Positions 17,404-26,654 of a DNA stretch of 64,000 bases are shown here, in pieces. How positions within the stretch are numbered: position 1 is the first letter of the stretch; every line of letters starts with the position of its first letter. The notes beneath the pieces are model-generated. The model searched no databases, was not told the DNA's origin, and worked only from the letters and a program-made list of their open reading frames with translations. The translations under genes were made by a program, and so were the position numbers. Source of the stretch: Chloroflexota bacterium (GTDB taxonomy: Bacteria > Chloroflexota > UBA11872 > VXOZ01); the NCBI GenBank assembly GCA_963663275.1, contig OY760183.1, forward strand, positions 1,472,001-1,536,000, written 5' to 3'.

Positions 17404-20115
17404 TCACAGCGGCTCCATCTCGTCCCAGCTTGCGCCGGCTTTGGCGTCCACTTTCACCGGCACGTCCAGCGTCACCGCGTTTTCCATCAGCGGCACGACC
17501 AGATCCGCGCCCGCGTCGATCACCGCCGCATCGCATTCGAACACCAGTTCATCGTGCACCTGCAGCAACATGCGGGCCGGGAGTGCGGTTGCCGCCAGTT
17601 GCGCGGCCACGTGGAGCATGGCCACCTTGATGATGTCGGCGGAGGTGCCTTGCACCGGCATATTGATCGCCATGCGCTCGCCGGCCTGGCGCACGTTGTG
17701 GTTCGAGGCTTGCAGTTCCGGCAGGTAGCGGCGTCGGCCCAGCAGGGTCTCGACGTAGCCGTGCTCGTGGGCAAACTGCTTCGTCTTCTCGGTATAATCG
17801 CGCACGCCGGCGTAGGTGTTCAGGTAGTTCTCGATGAATGCCGCCGCTTCCTGGTAGTTCAGGTCGGTGCGCTGTTCCAGACCGTGGGCCGTCACGCCGT
17901 AGATGATGCCGAAGTTCACCGTCTTGGCGGTGCGCCGCATGGCGGCGGTGACGCCGTCCATCGCCACGTCGAACAATTGGCTGGCGGTGAAGGTATGGAT
18001 GTCTTCCTCGTTGCGAAAAGCCTTGCAAAGCTCTTCATCCTGGCTCAGGTGCGCCAGCACGCGCAGGTCGATCTGCGAATAGTCTGCGGCCAGCAGCGCC
18101 CGGCCGGCGCCGCCCGCCACGAACGCCTTGCGAATCTTCCGTCCCTCCTCGGTGCGGATGGGAATGTTCTGCAAGTTGGGGTCGGTGGACGAAAGCCGGC
18201 CGGTGGCGGCGCCGGTCTGTTCGAACGAGGTGTGGATGCGGCGCGTCTCCGGGTTGACCTTGGTCGGCAGCGCGTCGAGATAGGTGGACTTCAGCTTGGT
18301 AAGCTGGCGGTAGGCCAGCACGCGCTCGATCACCGGATGCGCGCCCCGCAGCGCCTCCATGATCGAAGAATCGGTGGAGTAGCCGGTCTTGGTCTTCTTG
18401 GTGAGCGGCAGGCCGAGTTCGTTGACGAGGATGTTGCCGAGTTGCTGGGTGGACTTGATGTTGAACTCGTGCCCCACGTCGGCGTAGATCGCGCTCTCTA
18501 TCTCGGTAATGCGCGCTGCCATTTCTTGTGTAAGGTTCTCGAGCAAGCCCACGTCCACGGCGACGCCGGCGAACTCCATCTCCGCGATTACGGCGGCCAG
18601 CGGCAACTCCAGGTCGTCGTGCAGCGCGCGCACGTTCCGCTCCTCCAGGTCGGCGGCCAGCGCGGCGCGGAGGGGCAGCAGCGCCCCGGCCTCCTGGGCG
18701 GCCGCCTGGGCCAGCGCGCCGCCGTCGGCTCCGGCCAGTGACTTCTTGCGGTCGCGCAGCGCGTCCACGCCCTCCAGCGTGACGCCGAGGCTATCGAAGA
18801 CGATGTGGTTGAGCGTGCTGGCGCGGCCGCCGGTGGGGTTGGCCAGGTACGCGGCCAGATGGCAATCGAACACCACGCCGGCCACGGCCACGTCCTGGGC
18901 CAGGAGCGCCAGGCTCAAGGTCTTGGCGTCGTAGGCCACTTTGGGAACGCCCGGGTCGCTCAGCGCCGGCGCGATGGCGTGCAGCGCTGGGGCTGCCGCA
19001 ACGTCAACGTAGGCCGTGCCCCGCTCGTTCCAGGCGAACGCCAGCCCCCGCACGGTGGGCCAGGAAGGCGGATCGGGTTCGAGGACGGGCACGACGGCGA
19101 CCTCGCCTACGTCGCGCAAGGTTGCGCACAGTTCCTCGATCGCGCCAATCTCGCTAAGCGCCCGAGCCTGCACGCCGGCGGCGGCCGCGCCGAAGAGCGC
19201 CGCCTGCTCCGCCGCCGTGCCGGCCGGCCGCGGCAGGCGGTCGAGCAGCGAGCGGAAGCTAAGTTCGCGGAACAGGGCCAGCACCGCTTCCCGGTCGTAG
19301 TTGCCCAGTTCGCTGGCCGCCGGTTCGAGCGTGATCTCCACGTCGCGCACGATCGTCACCAACTCCCGGCTGCGGGCAAGCTGTTCCTTATCCTGTTCCA
19401 GCGCCTTCTGCTGGCGGGTGGGCAGTTCGTGGAGGTTATCGAGAATGCCGTCGATGTCGCCGTATTTCCGCAAAAGCGTGCCGGCCGTCTTGGCGCCGAT
19501 GCCGCGCACGCCGGGCACGTTGTCGGAGGTATCGCCCACCAGCGCCTTGTAGTCGATTACTTGCGCCGGGGTGAGACCCTGAAAGCGCTTGGCCACTTCC
19601 GGCGGGCCGACCTCAGCCAACTCGCCGGAGCGGGGCCGGGGCACCAGCAGGCGCACCACGTCGTCCACCAGTTGGTAGGCGTCGGTATCGCCGGTGACGA
19701 TGAAGGTGGGAATCGCTTGCGCCGCCGCCTGGCGGGAAAGCGTGCCAAGCACGTCGTCGGCCTCGTAGCCCGGTTCCTCGAAGATGGGAATGCGAAAGGT
19801 CTCCACCACCTGGCGCACCCGGTCCATCTGCTGGTAGAGCAGCGGATCGCCTTCGGGCCGGGTGGCCTTATACTCGGTGTATTGTTCGTGGCGGAAGGTG
19901 GGGCCGGGCAGGTCGAAGGCCACGGCGGCGTAGCGCGGCTTGAGCTTGTCGATGACGTAGAGCAGTGTGTTGGTGAAGCCGAACACCGCGTTGGTCATCT
20001 CGCCGGAGGCGCTGGTGAATTCCTTGGGCACCGCGTGGAACGCCCGGTGGACGATGGAGTGTCCATCGATGAGGACCAGCGAGTCGGCGGGGGATTGGTC
20101 GCCAGCGGGACTCAT
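17404..20115 (-). CDS. polA: DNA polymerase I
   Basis: 5'-3' exonuclease LIDGHS...EADD...GDTSDN; TGRLSSTDPNLQNIP; motif A DYSQIDLR, motif B RRTAKTVNFGIIYG, motif C VHDE; start uncertain. Confidence 0.97.
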   Translation of the reverse strand: MSPAGDQSPADSLVLIDGHSIVHRAFHAVPKEFTSASGEMTNAVFGFTNTLLYVIDKLKPRYAAVAFDLPGPTFRHEQYTEYKATRPEGDPLLYQQMDRVRQVVETFRIPIFEEPGYEADDVLGTLSRQAAAQAIPTFIVTGDTDAYQLVDDVVRLLVPRPRSGELAEVGPPEVAKRFQGLTPAQVIDYKALVGDTSDNVPGVRGIGAKTAGTLLRKYGDIDGILDNLHELPTRQQKALEQDKEQLARSRELVTIVRDVEITLEPAASELGNYDREAVLALFRELSFRSLLDRLPRPAGTAAEQAALFGAAAAGVQARALSEIGAIEELCATLRDVGEVAVVPVLEPDPPSWPTVRGLAFAWNERGTAYVDVAAAPALHAIAPALSDPGVPKVAYDAKTLSLALLAQDVAVAGVVFDCHLAAYLANPTGGRASTLNHIVFDSLGVTLEGVDALRDRKKSLAGADGGALAQAAAQEAGALLPLRAALAADLEERNVRALHDDLELPLAAVIAEMEFAGVAVDVGLLENLTQEMAARITEIESAIYADVGHEFNIKSTQQLGNILVNELGLPLTKKTKTGYSTDSSIMEALRGAHPVIERVLAYRQLTKLKSTYLDALPTKVNPETRRIHTSFEQTGAATGRLSSTDPNLQNIPIRTEEGRKIRKAFVAGGAGRALLAADYSQIDLRVLAHLSQDEELCKAFRNEEDIHTFTASQLFDVAMDGVTAAMRRTAKTVNFGIIYGVTAHGLEQRTDLNYQEAAAFIENYLNTYAGVRDYTEKTKQFAHEHGYVETLLGRRRYLPELQASNHNVRQAGERMAINMPVQGTSADIIKVAMLHVAAQLAATALPARMLLQVHDELVFECDAAVIDAGADLVVPLMENAVTLDVPVKVDAKAGASWDEMEPL

Positions 20116-20424
20116 GGGGAGAATCTCTATTGCTCGGTCACGTGCCAGGCGCGCGTCGCTTGCTATGTTTAGCATACGCCGCCGCGCGGCAGCGGGCAAG
20201 GCGGCGCCCTCCGCTCAATTGCGCCAGAGGTGAATCTTGGATAACCTGGGGCGGAACGCGGAGTCCCTACTCTCCTGAGGAAACCCTTGCACAACCTCGC
20301 TGAGAGGCGAGAAGTCCCCTCTCCCACGGGGAGAGGGTTAGGGTGAGGGGAATCTTCGTACATCCAGAGCAATGCGCTCACTTCATCGAACTACGGCAGA
20401 ATCGCCAATCAAGGTAGCAACGCC

Positions 20425-21084
20425 ATGCTGCGCGTCCGCCGTTCCAAAGCCCAGGCGCGGGCAAGCTACGACCGGATGAGCCGGTCGTACGACCTCTTTG
20501 CCGGCGCCTTCGAGCAAAGACTGCGCAACCTGGCGCTGGAGCGGCTCGGCATTATGGATGGTGAGGCCGTGCTGGAAATCGGCTTTGGCACGGGGCACGC
20601 CCTGGAGCGGATTGCCGGGGCCGTGGGCGAGCGGGGCCGGGTGTGCGGCATCGACATTTCCACTGGGATGCTCGGGGTGAGCCAACGGCGGCTGGCGCGG
20701 GCGGGACTGCTGGAAAGGGTGGCCTTGCGCTGCGGCGACGCGGCGGCGCTGCCGTATGCGGACGGCGCGTTCGACGCGGTGTTCATGAGCTTCACCTTGG
20801 AACTCTTCGATACGCCCGAAATCCCGCGGGTGCTTGGTGAAGTCAGGCGCGTCTTGCGGCCGGGCGGCCGGCTAGGCGTGGTGAGCCTTTCGCGGGAAGC
20901 GGGCGCGCCCCTGATGCTGCGGCTGTACGAGTGGCTGGGCCAACGCCTGCCCCGGTATATCGACTGCCGGCCCATCTACCTTGAACGGGCGCTGCGCGAA
21001 GCCGGATTTGCTATCGCCCACAGCGAGGAAGTTAGCCTCTGGGGACTGCCGGCGAAGGTTGTGGTCGGTGCGCGCGGCGGCTAA
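20425..21084 (+). CDS. Class I SAM-dependent methyltransferase (UbiE-like)
   Basis: VLEIGFGTG, GIDIS, GDAAALPY, FDAV, LRPGG. Confidence 0.85.
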   Translation: MLRVRRSKAQARASYDRMSRSYDLFAGAFEQRLRNLALERLGIMDGEAVLEIGFGTGHALERIAGAVGERGRVCGIDISTGMLGVSQRRLARAGLLERVALRCGDAAALPYADGAFDAVFMSFTLELFDTPEIPRVLGEVRRVLRPGGRLGVVSLSREAGAPLMLRLYEWLGQRLPRYIDCRPIYLERALREAGFAIAHSEEVSLWGLPAKVVVGARGG

Positions 21085-21442
21085 CGACCTTTCAAGCAGT
21101 CAAGGTAGTCCTGCCCTAAGGTTTCACCCTCACCCTAACCCTCTCCCTCAGGGAGAGGGGACAAGATCGGAGCGCGGCTGTCCGCCGCGAAGGTGTTTAC
21201 ACGGCACTAGGCGCGCCAACTGGAATCTTGCCATGGCCGCGCCTGCTCTACGTTGGCTCGCCGTAGCGCGGGGGCTTGTCCCCCGCCTCTTGGCGACGCC
21301 AGGCGCGCGCCGTCTCTGGCACAATACTTCGCAGTCCAATACTATTATGATGATGGCAACGGCGGCGCTCATGCCGTCGATGCCGGCCTGTTGAGCCGCC
21401 GGGGACACGCAGCAATCGCTTTGCCAGCGGAAAGGGGACGCC

Positions 21443-22951
21443 GTGAGCACGTACGTGTTGGCCTTGGACCAGGGCACCACATCATCGCGCGCCATGCTCT
21501 TCGACGCCGCCGGGCGGGTAGTGGCCGGCGCCGGGCGGGAACTGCCGCAAATCTACCCGCAAGCCGGCTGGGTGGAGCACGACCCCCGCGCCATCTGGCA
21601 AACGCAGCATGAATCCATCCAGGCCGTGCTACACCAGGCGGCGGTCGCGCCGGAGGAGATTGCGGCCATCGGCATTGCCAATCAAAGGGAAACCGCCCTT
21701 GCCTGGCAACGTTCCACCGGCGAGCCGCTGGGCAACGCGATCGTGTGGCAGTGCCGCCGCACGGCGGCGCGCTGCCGTGAACTGGAAGCGCAGGGCCTCG
21801 CGGACGAAGTCAGGCAGAAGACCGGCTTGGTGCTGGACGCCTACTTTTCCGGTCCTAAGTTCGAGTGGCTCTTGCAAAACACCCCGCGCGCCCGTGAACT
21901 CGCCGCCCGCAACGACCTCTGCCTGGGCACGGTGGACTCCTGGCTGATCGCCAATCTCACCGGGCACACCCGGCACGTCACCGACCCCACCAACGCCTCC
22001 CGCACCATGCTCTACGACATCCACGCGCGCGCCTGGGACGAGGAACTGCTGGCGCGCTTCGGTATCCCCGCGGAGGCCTTGCCGCGGGTGGCGCCATCAG
22101 CCGGGGTGATTTGCGAGACGGCGCCGGCGGTGTTTGGCGCCGCCGTGCCGATCGCGGGCGTCGCGGGCGACCAGCAGGCGGCGCTCTTTGGCCAGGCGTG
22201 CTGGCGGCCGGGTCACGCCAAGAACACTTACGGCACCGGCTGCTTCCTGCTGGCGCACACCGGCGGCCGGGCAACGCCGTCGCGCGCGGGCCTGCTGACC
22301 ACGGTGGCGGCCTCGGCCCACGGTCCCGCCTACGCGCTGGAAGGCTCGGTCTTCGTGGCCGGGGCCGCGATCCAGTGGCTGCGCGACAAGCTGGGCGTGA
22401 TCGACACGGCGGCGGAGAGTGAGACGCTGGCGCGCCAGGTACCGGACTCCGGCGGTGTGGTCGTGGTGCCCGCCTTCACGGGCTTGGGCACGCCCTACTG
22501 GGACCCGCAGGCGCGCGGGACGATCCTCGGCCTGACCCTGGGTTCCACCAAAGCCCACGTGGCCCGCGCCACGTTGGAAGCGCTCGCGTTCCAAACGCGC
22601 GACGTGGCGCAGACGATGGAGGAGGAGTCGGGCGCGCCGCTGCAAGAACTGCGGGCGGACGGCGGCGCGGTGGCCAACGCCCTCCTGATGCAGACCCAGG
22701 CGGATCTGCTCGGCATTCCGGTGGTCGTGCCCACGGTGACGGAAACCACCGCGCTCGGCGCGGCGTACCTGGCCGGACTGGGCGTCGGCTTCTGGCCGGA
22801 CGCCGCGACCGTGGCGGCCCAATGGCGCGCTGCGCGGCGCTACGAACCCCAAATCGGCGCGGACGAACGTGAATCCCGTTACGCTACCTGGCAACGCGCC
22901 GTCACCCGCGCCCGCGACTGGGCAACCGCCCGCGACTGGGCAACCACGTGA
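21443..22951 (+). CDS. glpK: Glycerol kinase
   Basis: [44 protein letters not shown]. Confidence 0.95.
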   Translation: MSTYVLALDQGTTSSRAMLFDAAGRVVAGAGRELPQIYPQAGWVEHDPRAIWQTQHESIQAVLHQAAVAPEEIAAIGIANQRETALAWQRSTGEPLGNAIVWQCRRTAARCRELEAQGLADEVRQKTGLVLDAYFSGPKFEWLLQNTPRARELAARNDLCLGTVDSWLIANLTGHTRHVTDPTNASRTMLYDIHARAWDEELLARFGIPAEALPRVAPSAGVICETAPAVFGAAVPIAGVAGDQQAALFGQACWRPGHAKNTYGTGCFLLAHTGGRATPSRAGLLTTVAASAHGPAYALEGSVFVAGAAIQWLRDKLGVIDTAAESETLARQVPDSGGVVVVPAFTGLGTPYWDPQARGTILGLTLGSTKAHVARATLEALAFQTRDVAQTMEEESGAPLQELRADGGAVANALLMQTQADLLGIPVVVPTVTETTALGAAYLAGLGVGFWPDAATVAAQWRAARRYEPQIGADERESRYATWQRAVTRARDWATARDWATT

Positions 22952-22965
22952 ATGCCGCCGCGGCT

Positions 22966-23742
22966 CTAGCCGGATTCAGACTGCAACGCCTTTAGCGCCA
23001 CTTGATAGAGCGTTTCCAGGCCAATGCGCGTGGTGTCTGAGCGGAAATGCGGATCCCAGGTCAGGTCCGCGAGCGAGTCGCTGATGGTCAAGAGTGACCC
23101 CATCTCAACGCCGCGATACGTAGCCACGGCAAAGAGCGCCGCGGCCTCCATCTCGACGGTAAGCACCCCCTCCGCCTGGTAATGCTTCACCTCCGCTATA
23201 GTCTCACGATACGGCGCGTCTATCGTCCAACTCTCGCCGGCGTGATGCGGTGTATCCGCGGCCTGGAGCGCCGCTACCAGCCGGGTGGTCATGGCCGGCG
23301 AGGCGTGGGCGTACTTCTCCGGCGGCAGGTAGTGGTGGGACGTGCCCTCATCGCGTATCGCCCGGTCGCAGACAACGATGTCGCCAATGGCCACGTGCCG
23401 TTGCAGGCTGCCCGCCGTGCCGATGGAGAGAAAGCGTCGGACGCCTTGCACGATCAAGGCTTCAAGTATCAGAACCGCGGCGGGCGCGCCGATGCCGAAA
23501 CCGCCGGCGACGGCCACGCGGTTCTCCGTTTCGTGCAGCCAGTGCAGATGGCGATACGTTCCACGCACGGGACTTGTAACTTCATGCCGCTCCAGGATGT
23601 GCGCCAGTAAGGAAGACTGGTAGCACATGATCACAGCCTCCGGATACGGCAAGGGCGGTGGGTCCGCCAGGTGCGCGACGGCGGCCGCAGGCGTGATGAG
23701 CGCCTCTTTACGGTGCTTGTTGGGAAAGTTTGGGAGGGACAT
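22966..23742 (-). CDS. Nucleoside phosphorylase (PNP/UDP family)
   Basis: GFGIGAP, GTAGSL, RDEGTS, DAPYRET, VEMEAAA. Confidence 0.85.
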   Translation of the reverse strand: MSLPNFPNKHRKEALITPAAAVAHLADPPPLPYPEAVIMCYQSSLLAHILERHEVTSPVRGTYRHLHWLHETENRVAVAGGFGIGAPAAVLILEALIVQGVRRFLSIGTAGSLQRHVAIGDIVVCDRAIRDEGTSHHYLPPEKYAHASPAMTTRLVAALQAADTPHHAGESWTIDAPYRETIAEVKHYQAEGVLTVEMEAAALFAVATYRGVEMGSLLTISDSLADLTWDPHFRSDTTRIGLETLYQVALKALQSESG

Positions 23743-23828
23743 GCGGCTCTGTCGCCAATCTGAACAACCGGCTTCGTAGCGCGGGGGCTTGTCCCCCGCC
23801 TGGATAAGGAGCTTTGACCTTACGGGGC

Positions 23829-24024
23829 GCAGGTTGCAAACCTATTCTACCGGAACGCAGGTTGCAAACCTACGCTACCGGGACGCGGGTTGCAAACCTG
23901 CGCTGCCGGAACGCAGGTTGCAAACCTACGCTACCGGAACGCAGGTTACAAACCTGCGCTACCGGAACGCAGGTTGCAAACCTACGCTACCGGAACGCAG
24001 GTTACAAACCTGCGCTACCGGAGA
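23829..24024. repeat. Tandem array of 7 x 28-bp family-C REP units
   Basis: gcaggtt(g/a)caaacct(a/g)cgctaccggaac head-to-tail without spacers; a family-B REP precedes it at 23776. Confidence 0.9.
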
Positions 24025-24057
24025 CGTGGGGCGCGGGTGCGCGGCCGCCGTGGACTT

Positions 24058-26259
24058 TCACGTCTTCTTTACGAAGACCGGACTGCACCACGCCATTTCG
24101 CCGTCGTATTGGGTCACGCGGACGAAATAGGGCGTCATGTCTTGCCGCAGCGGCTCCGGGTCTTGGAAGGTGAAGGCCGCGTCGTAGGGAGCGCGTTCCT
24201 CGTGGTCGCGGCTGATGCGGACTTCGCTGCCGACGCCGGTGATGCCGGGGCGCACGATTTCGTTGTTTTCTGCGAGTTCGTCCAGGCGCACCGCAAACGT
24301 GGCCGGCGCGGAGGTGAAACTCAGCGTGGTTGCGGCGGCGCCGACGATTTCCAGCGCCACGCCGTCCCAATCGCCGGAGGTCTGCGAGACCCAGCGCACG
24401 CTCTCTTCATTCCATTCCACGATGCCTTCCGTCGGATCGTCGAAGGCCCAGCCCTTGGCCGCAACGATGCGGCCCTGATCCACGCGAAGGCTGCCGTCCC
24501 AGCGCAAACGGCGCGTGCGGTCTTTCACGCGGGAACCCCGCCAGCCGACGCGGATTTTCCGTGGCATTCCGTTTTCCGGCTCGACAAGAGGATGAGAGTA
24601 AACCACCTCAGTTCCCCGCAATACCTCCACTTTCTCCAGGGGCGCGGCGCCAGCCACTTTGACGTCTAACACCGGTGGCTGGGCGTTATAAAATACCTCG
24701 CCCATCAGGTGTCCGTCGGCGGTCACGTGCACGATCATGCGGGCGCCGGTGGAAGCGAACGTGTGGCGCGCGCGGATGGCGTCCCAGATCGAGCGCCGCT
24801 GGAGTGCCGGCGCGTACGCGCCGAGCAGCCCGCCGCGCACGCCGAACATGCCGCCGTTCGTCGGGTAGCTCGTGCCGGGGCGGCCCGTGTGATCGTCGCT
24901 GCCGGCCGCGAAGCCGGTGACGTAGCCCCGGTCCAGCGCCTCCTGCCAGACCCACTCGAACCAGCCGTGCGCCGAGGCGATTTCGATCAGGGGCATGACT
25001 TCGGCGTCGAAGTAGTCGAGATTGGCGCGCCGCCCGCCGATGTGGGGAATCATGAAGACGTCGTCCAGTCCGCGATAGCGGTCAACCAGTTTCGAGACCG
25101 GGCACATGTCCTCCCACGGCCCCGGATCGCCCGGTACCTGCCAGTGGGACGAGCGGTGCAGCGGGCCTTCATCGCCGAGGAAGTGCACGTTGTGGTCGCC
25201 GCCCGCCGGATGGTTGCCGGACCACTCGTAGCCGAGCAGCGTGAGGAAGCGGCCGGGGTCGTTGTAGCGCTTCACGATCTCCTGCAACTCGTACCAGAAC
25301 TCCGCCGTTATCTGAAAGTCGTTGCCCTGGATGCCCAGGAAGTCCACCCCGGCGTGGTCGCGGGCGTAGGTGAAGTATTCGTCCGGGCTGCCCGTGCCCA
25401 CGGTCTCCTCGGTCTGGGCGTGCATGTCCCCCCAGTAGAGGCGCATTGCGGGCGTGTCCGCCTGCGCGTGGATGGGATTGCTGCGGACGGCAAACGCCGG
25501 ATTCGCACCGCGGGCCTCGAGGCGCGTGATGCCGGGTTCATCCAGAGTCAGGCCGGTAAAGCGGTACACGCCGCCGTCTTGTTCGCTAAAGGTGTGGCTC
25601 ACCAGCGGCGCGGCCTGGTGGGGCAGATAGATTCCCATCTCGCCGCGAAAGCCGTCCGCCGTGTTGCCCCAGGCGTCGTCGGCGCGCACCAACACGTCGA
25701 AAGCCTCGTCCACGGTCACGGTGCTCGGCGCTTGCGCCACCAGGCGGGCGGGCGGCCCGGCCGCGATGCGCACCACCGGCGCGTCCGGCAACTCGCGGAA
25801 TTGGAGCGTGCCGAAGTTATCGGCAAAGAACTTAAACTCGAAGGTGCGCTCCACGAACGTCTGCGCCTGGCTGCCGGGACTGCCGCCGGACGTATCGCCC
25901 ATCACGATCCAGATGCGCTCGCCCGCCTCCAGCGTGCCGTCGTGCACGTGCACGTGGATGGTGCGCCGCCAGGGCCGCACGTGGTTTTCGCGGTCGAAGT
26001 GCACCTGCAACTTGGCGTTGCCGTCGGTATGCACGCGGCAGTAGTTTGGCGCGGTGGGATCGTCGAAGTCCGGCGCGCCCCAGTCGCAGACGCCCCGCAT
26101 CACCAAACGCAGGTTGGAGCGGTCGTCCATGCCGTAGGTCCCCACCGTGAAGGTGAACGTCCACGTGCCCCACGACCCGGCTACCACGTCGGCAGTGGGG
26201 TCTAGTGAAACCGTGCCGCAGTACTCCCGCAACGTCGCCGCATCATATTCCGGTGGCAT
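24058..26259 (-). CDS. DUF3604-like PHP/amidohydrolase-fold metalloprotein
   Basis: YWGDMHAQT, GYEWS, PHIGG, GSDDH, ASTGAR, AWCSP. Confidence 0.7.
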   Translation of the reverse strand: MPPEYDAATLREYCGTVSLDPTADVVAGSWGTWTFTFTVGTYGMDDRSNLRLVMRGVCDWGAPDFDDPTAPNYCRVHTDGNAKLQVHFDRENHVRPWRRTIHVHVHDGTLEAGERIWIVMGDTSGGSPGSQAQTFVERTFEFKFFADNFGTLQFRELPDAPVVRIAAGPPARLVAQAPSTVTVDEAFDVLVRADDAWGNTADGFRGEMGIYLPHQAAPLVSHTFSEQDGGVYRFTGLTLDEPGITRLEARGANPAFAVRSNPIHAQADTPAMRLYWGDMHAQTEETVGTGSPDEYFTYARDHAGVDFLGIQGNDFQITAEFWYELQEIVKRYNDPGRFLTLLGYEWSGNHPAGGDHNVHFLGDEGPLHRSSHWQVPGDPGPWEDMCPVSKLVDRYRGLDDVFMIPHIGGRRANLDYFDAEVMPLIEIASAHGWFEWVWQEALDRGYVTGFAAGSDDHTGRPGTSYPTNGGMFGVRGGLLGAYAPALQRRSIWDAIRARHTFASTGARMIVHVTADGHLMGEVFYNAQPPVLDVKVAGAAPLEKVEVLRGTEVVYSHPLVEPENGMPRKIRVGWRGSRVKDRTRRLRWDGSLRVDQGRIVAAKGWAFDDPTEGIVEWNEESVRWVSQTSGDWDGVALEIVGAAATTLSFTSAPATFAVRLDELAENNEIVRPGITGVGSEVRISRDHEERAPYDAAFTFQDPEPLRQDMTPYFVRVTQYDGEMAWCSPVFVKKT

Positions 26260-26654
26260 GGTGGGTCAGACATCTCCTCTCAGGAATCTTCTCCGAAGTA
26301 AGCAGGCATACTCAGAGTTGCAATGGTAGGCTTGTACGTCACCAGTATACGTCTCCACTGCCGGAGAATGAAGTTTGGGGGCGCCGGTCCGCGCCAGGGA
26401 TAGATCATGAGTTTTCGAAGTAAGGGGCACAGGGCGCACGGCGCTCTAAGGTAGCGGCACGGCGTGATTATGGGAAATTGCAAAGTCAATGCAGTTGTGG
26501 CAATATTGCAGGGGCCGATTAGTGCCGGTCCGCGGCTTGAATTGCTGGAAACTGTCGCGCGGCACGAGCCGCGGTATCCTCCACATTCGGTGCAGCGTCA
26601 GAGTCACCTTACGGAATAACTCAATCGCATGGTGTCGAGAAATCGAGGAATCTC

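Noticed and set aside
23829-24024. 28-bp periodic array resembling CRISPR
   Set aside because: Units are contiguous with no unique spacers, match a dispersed REP family, and no cas genes are present
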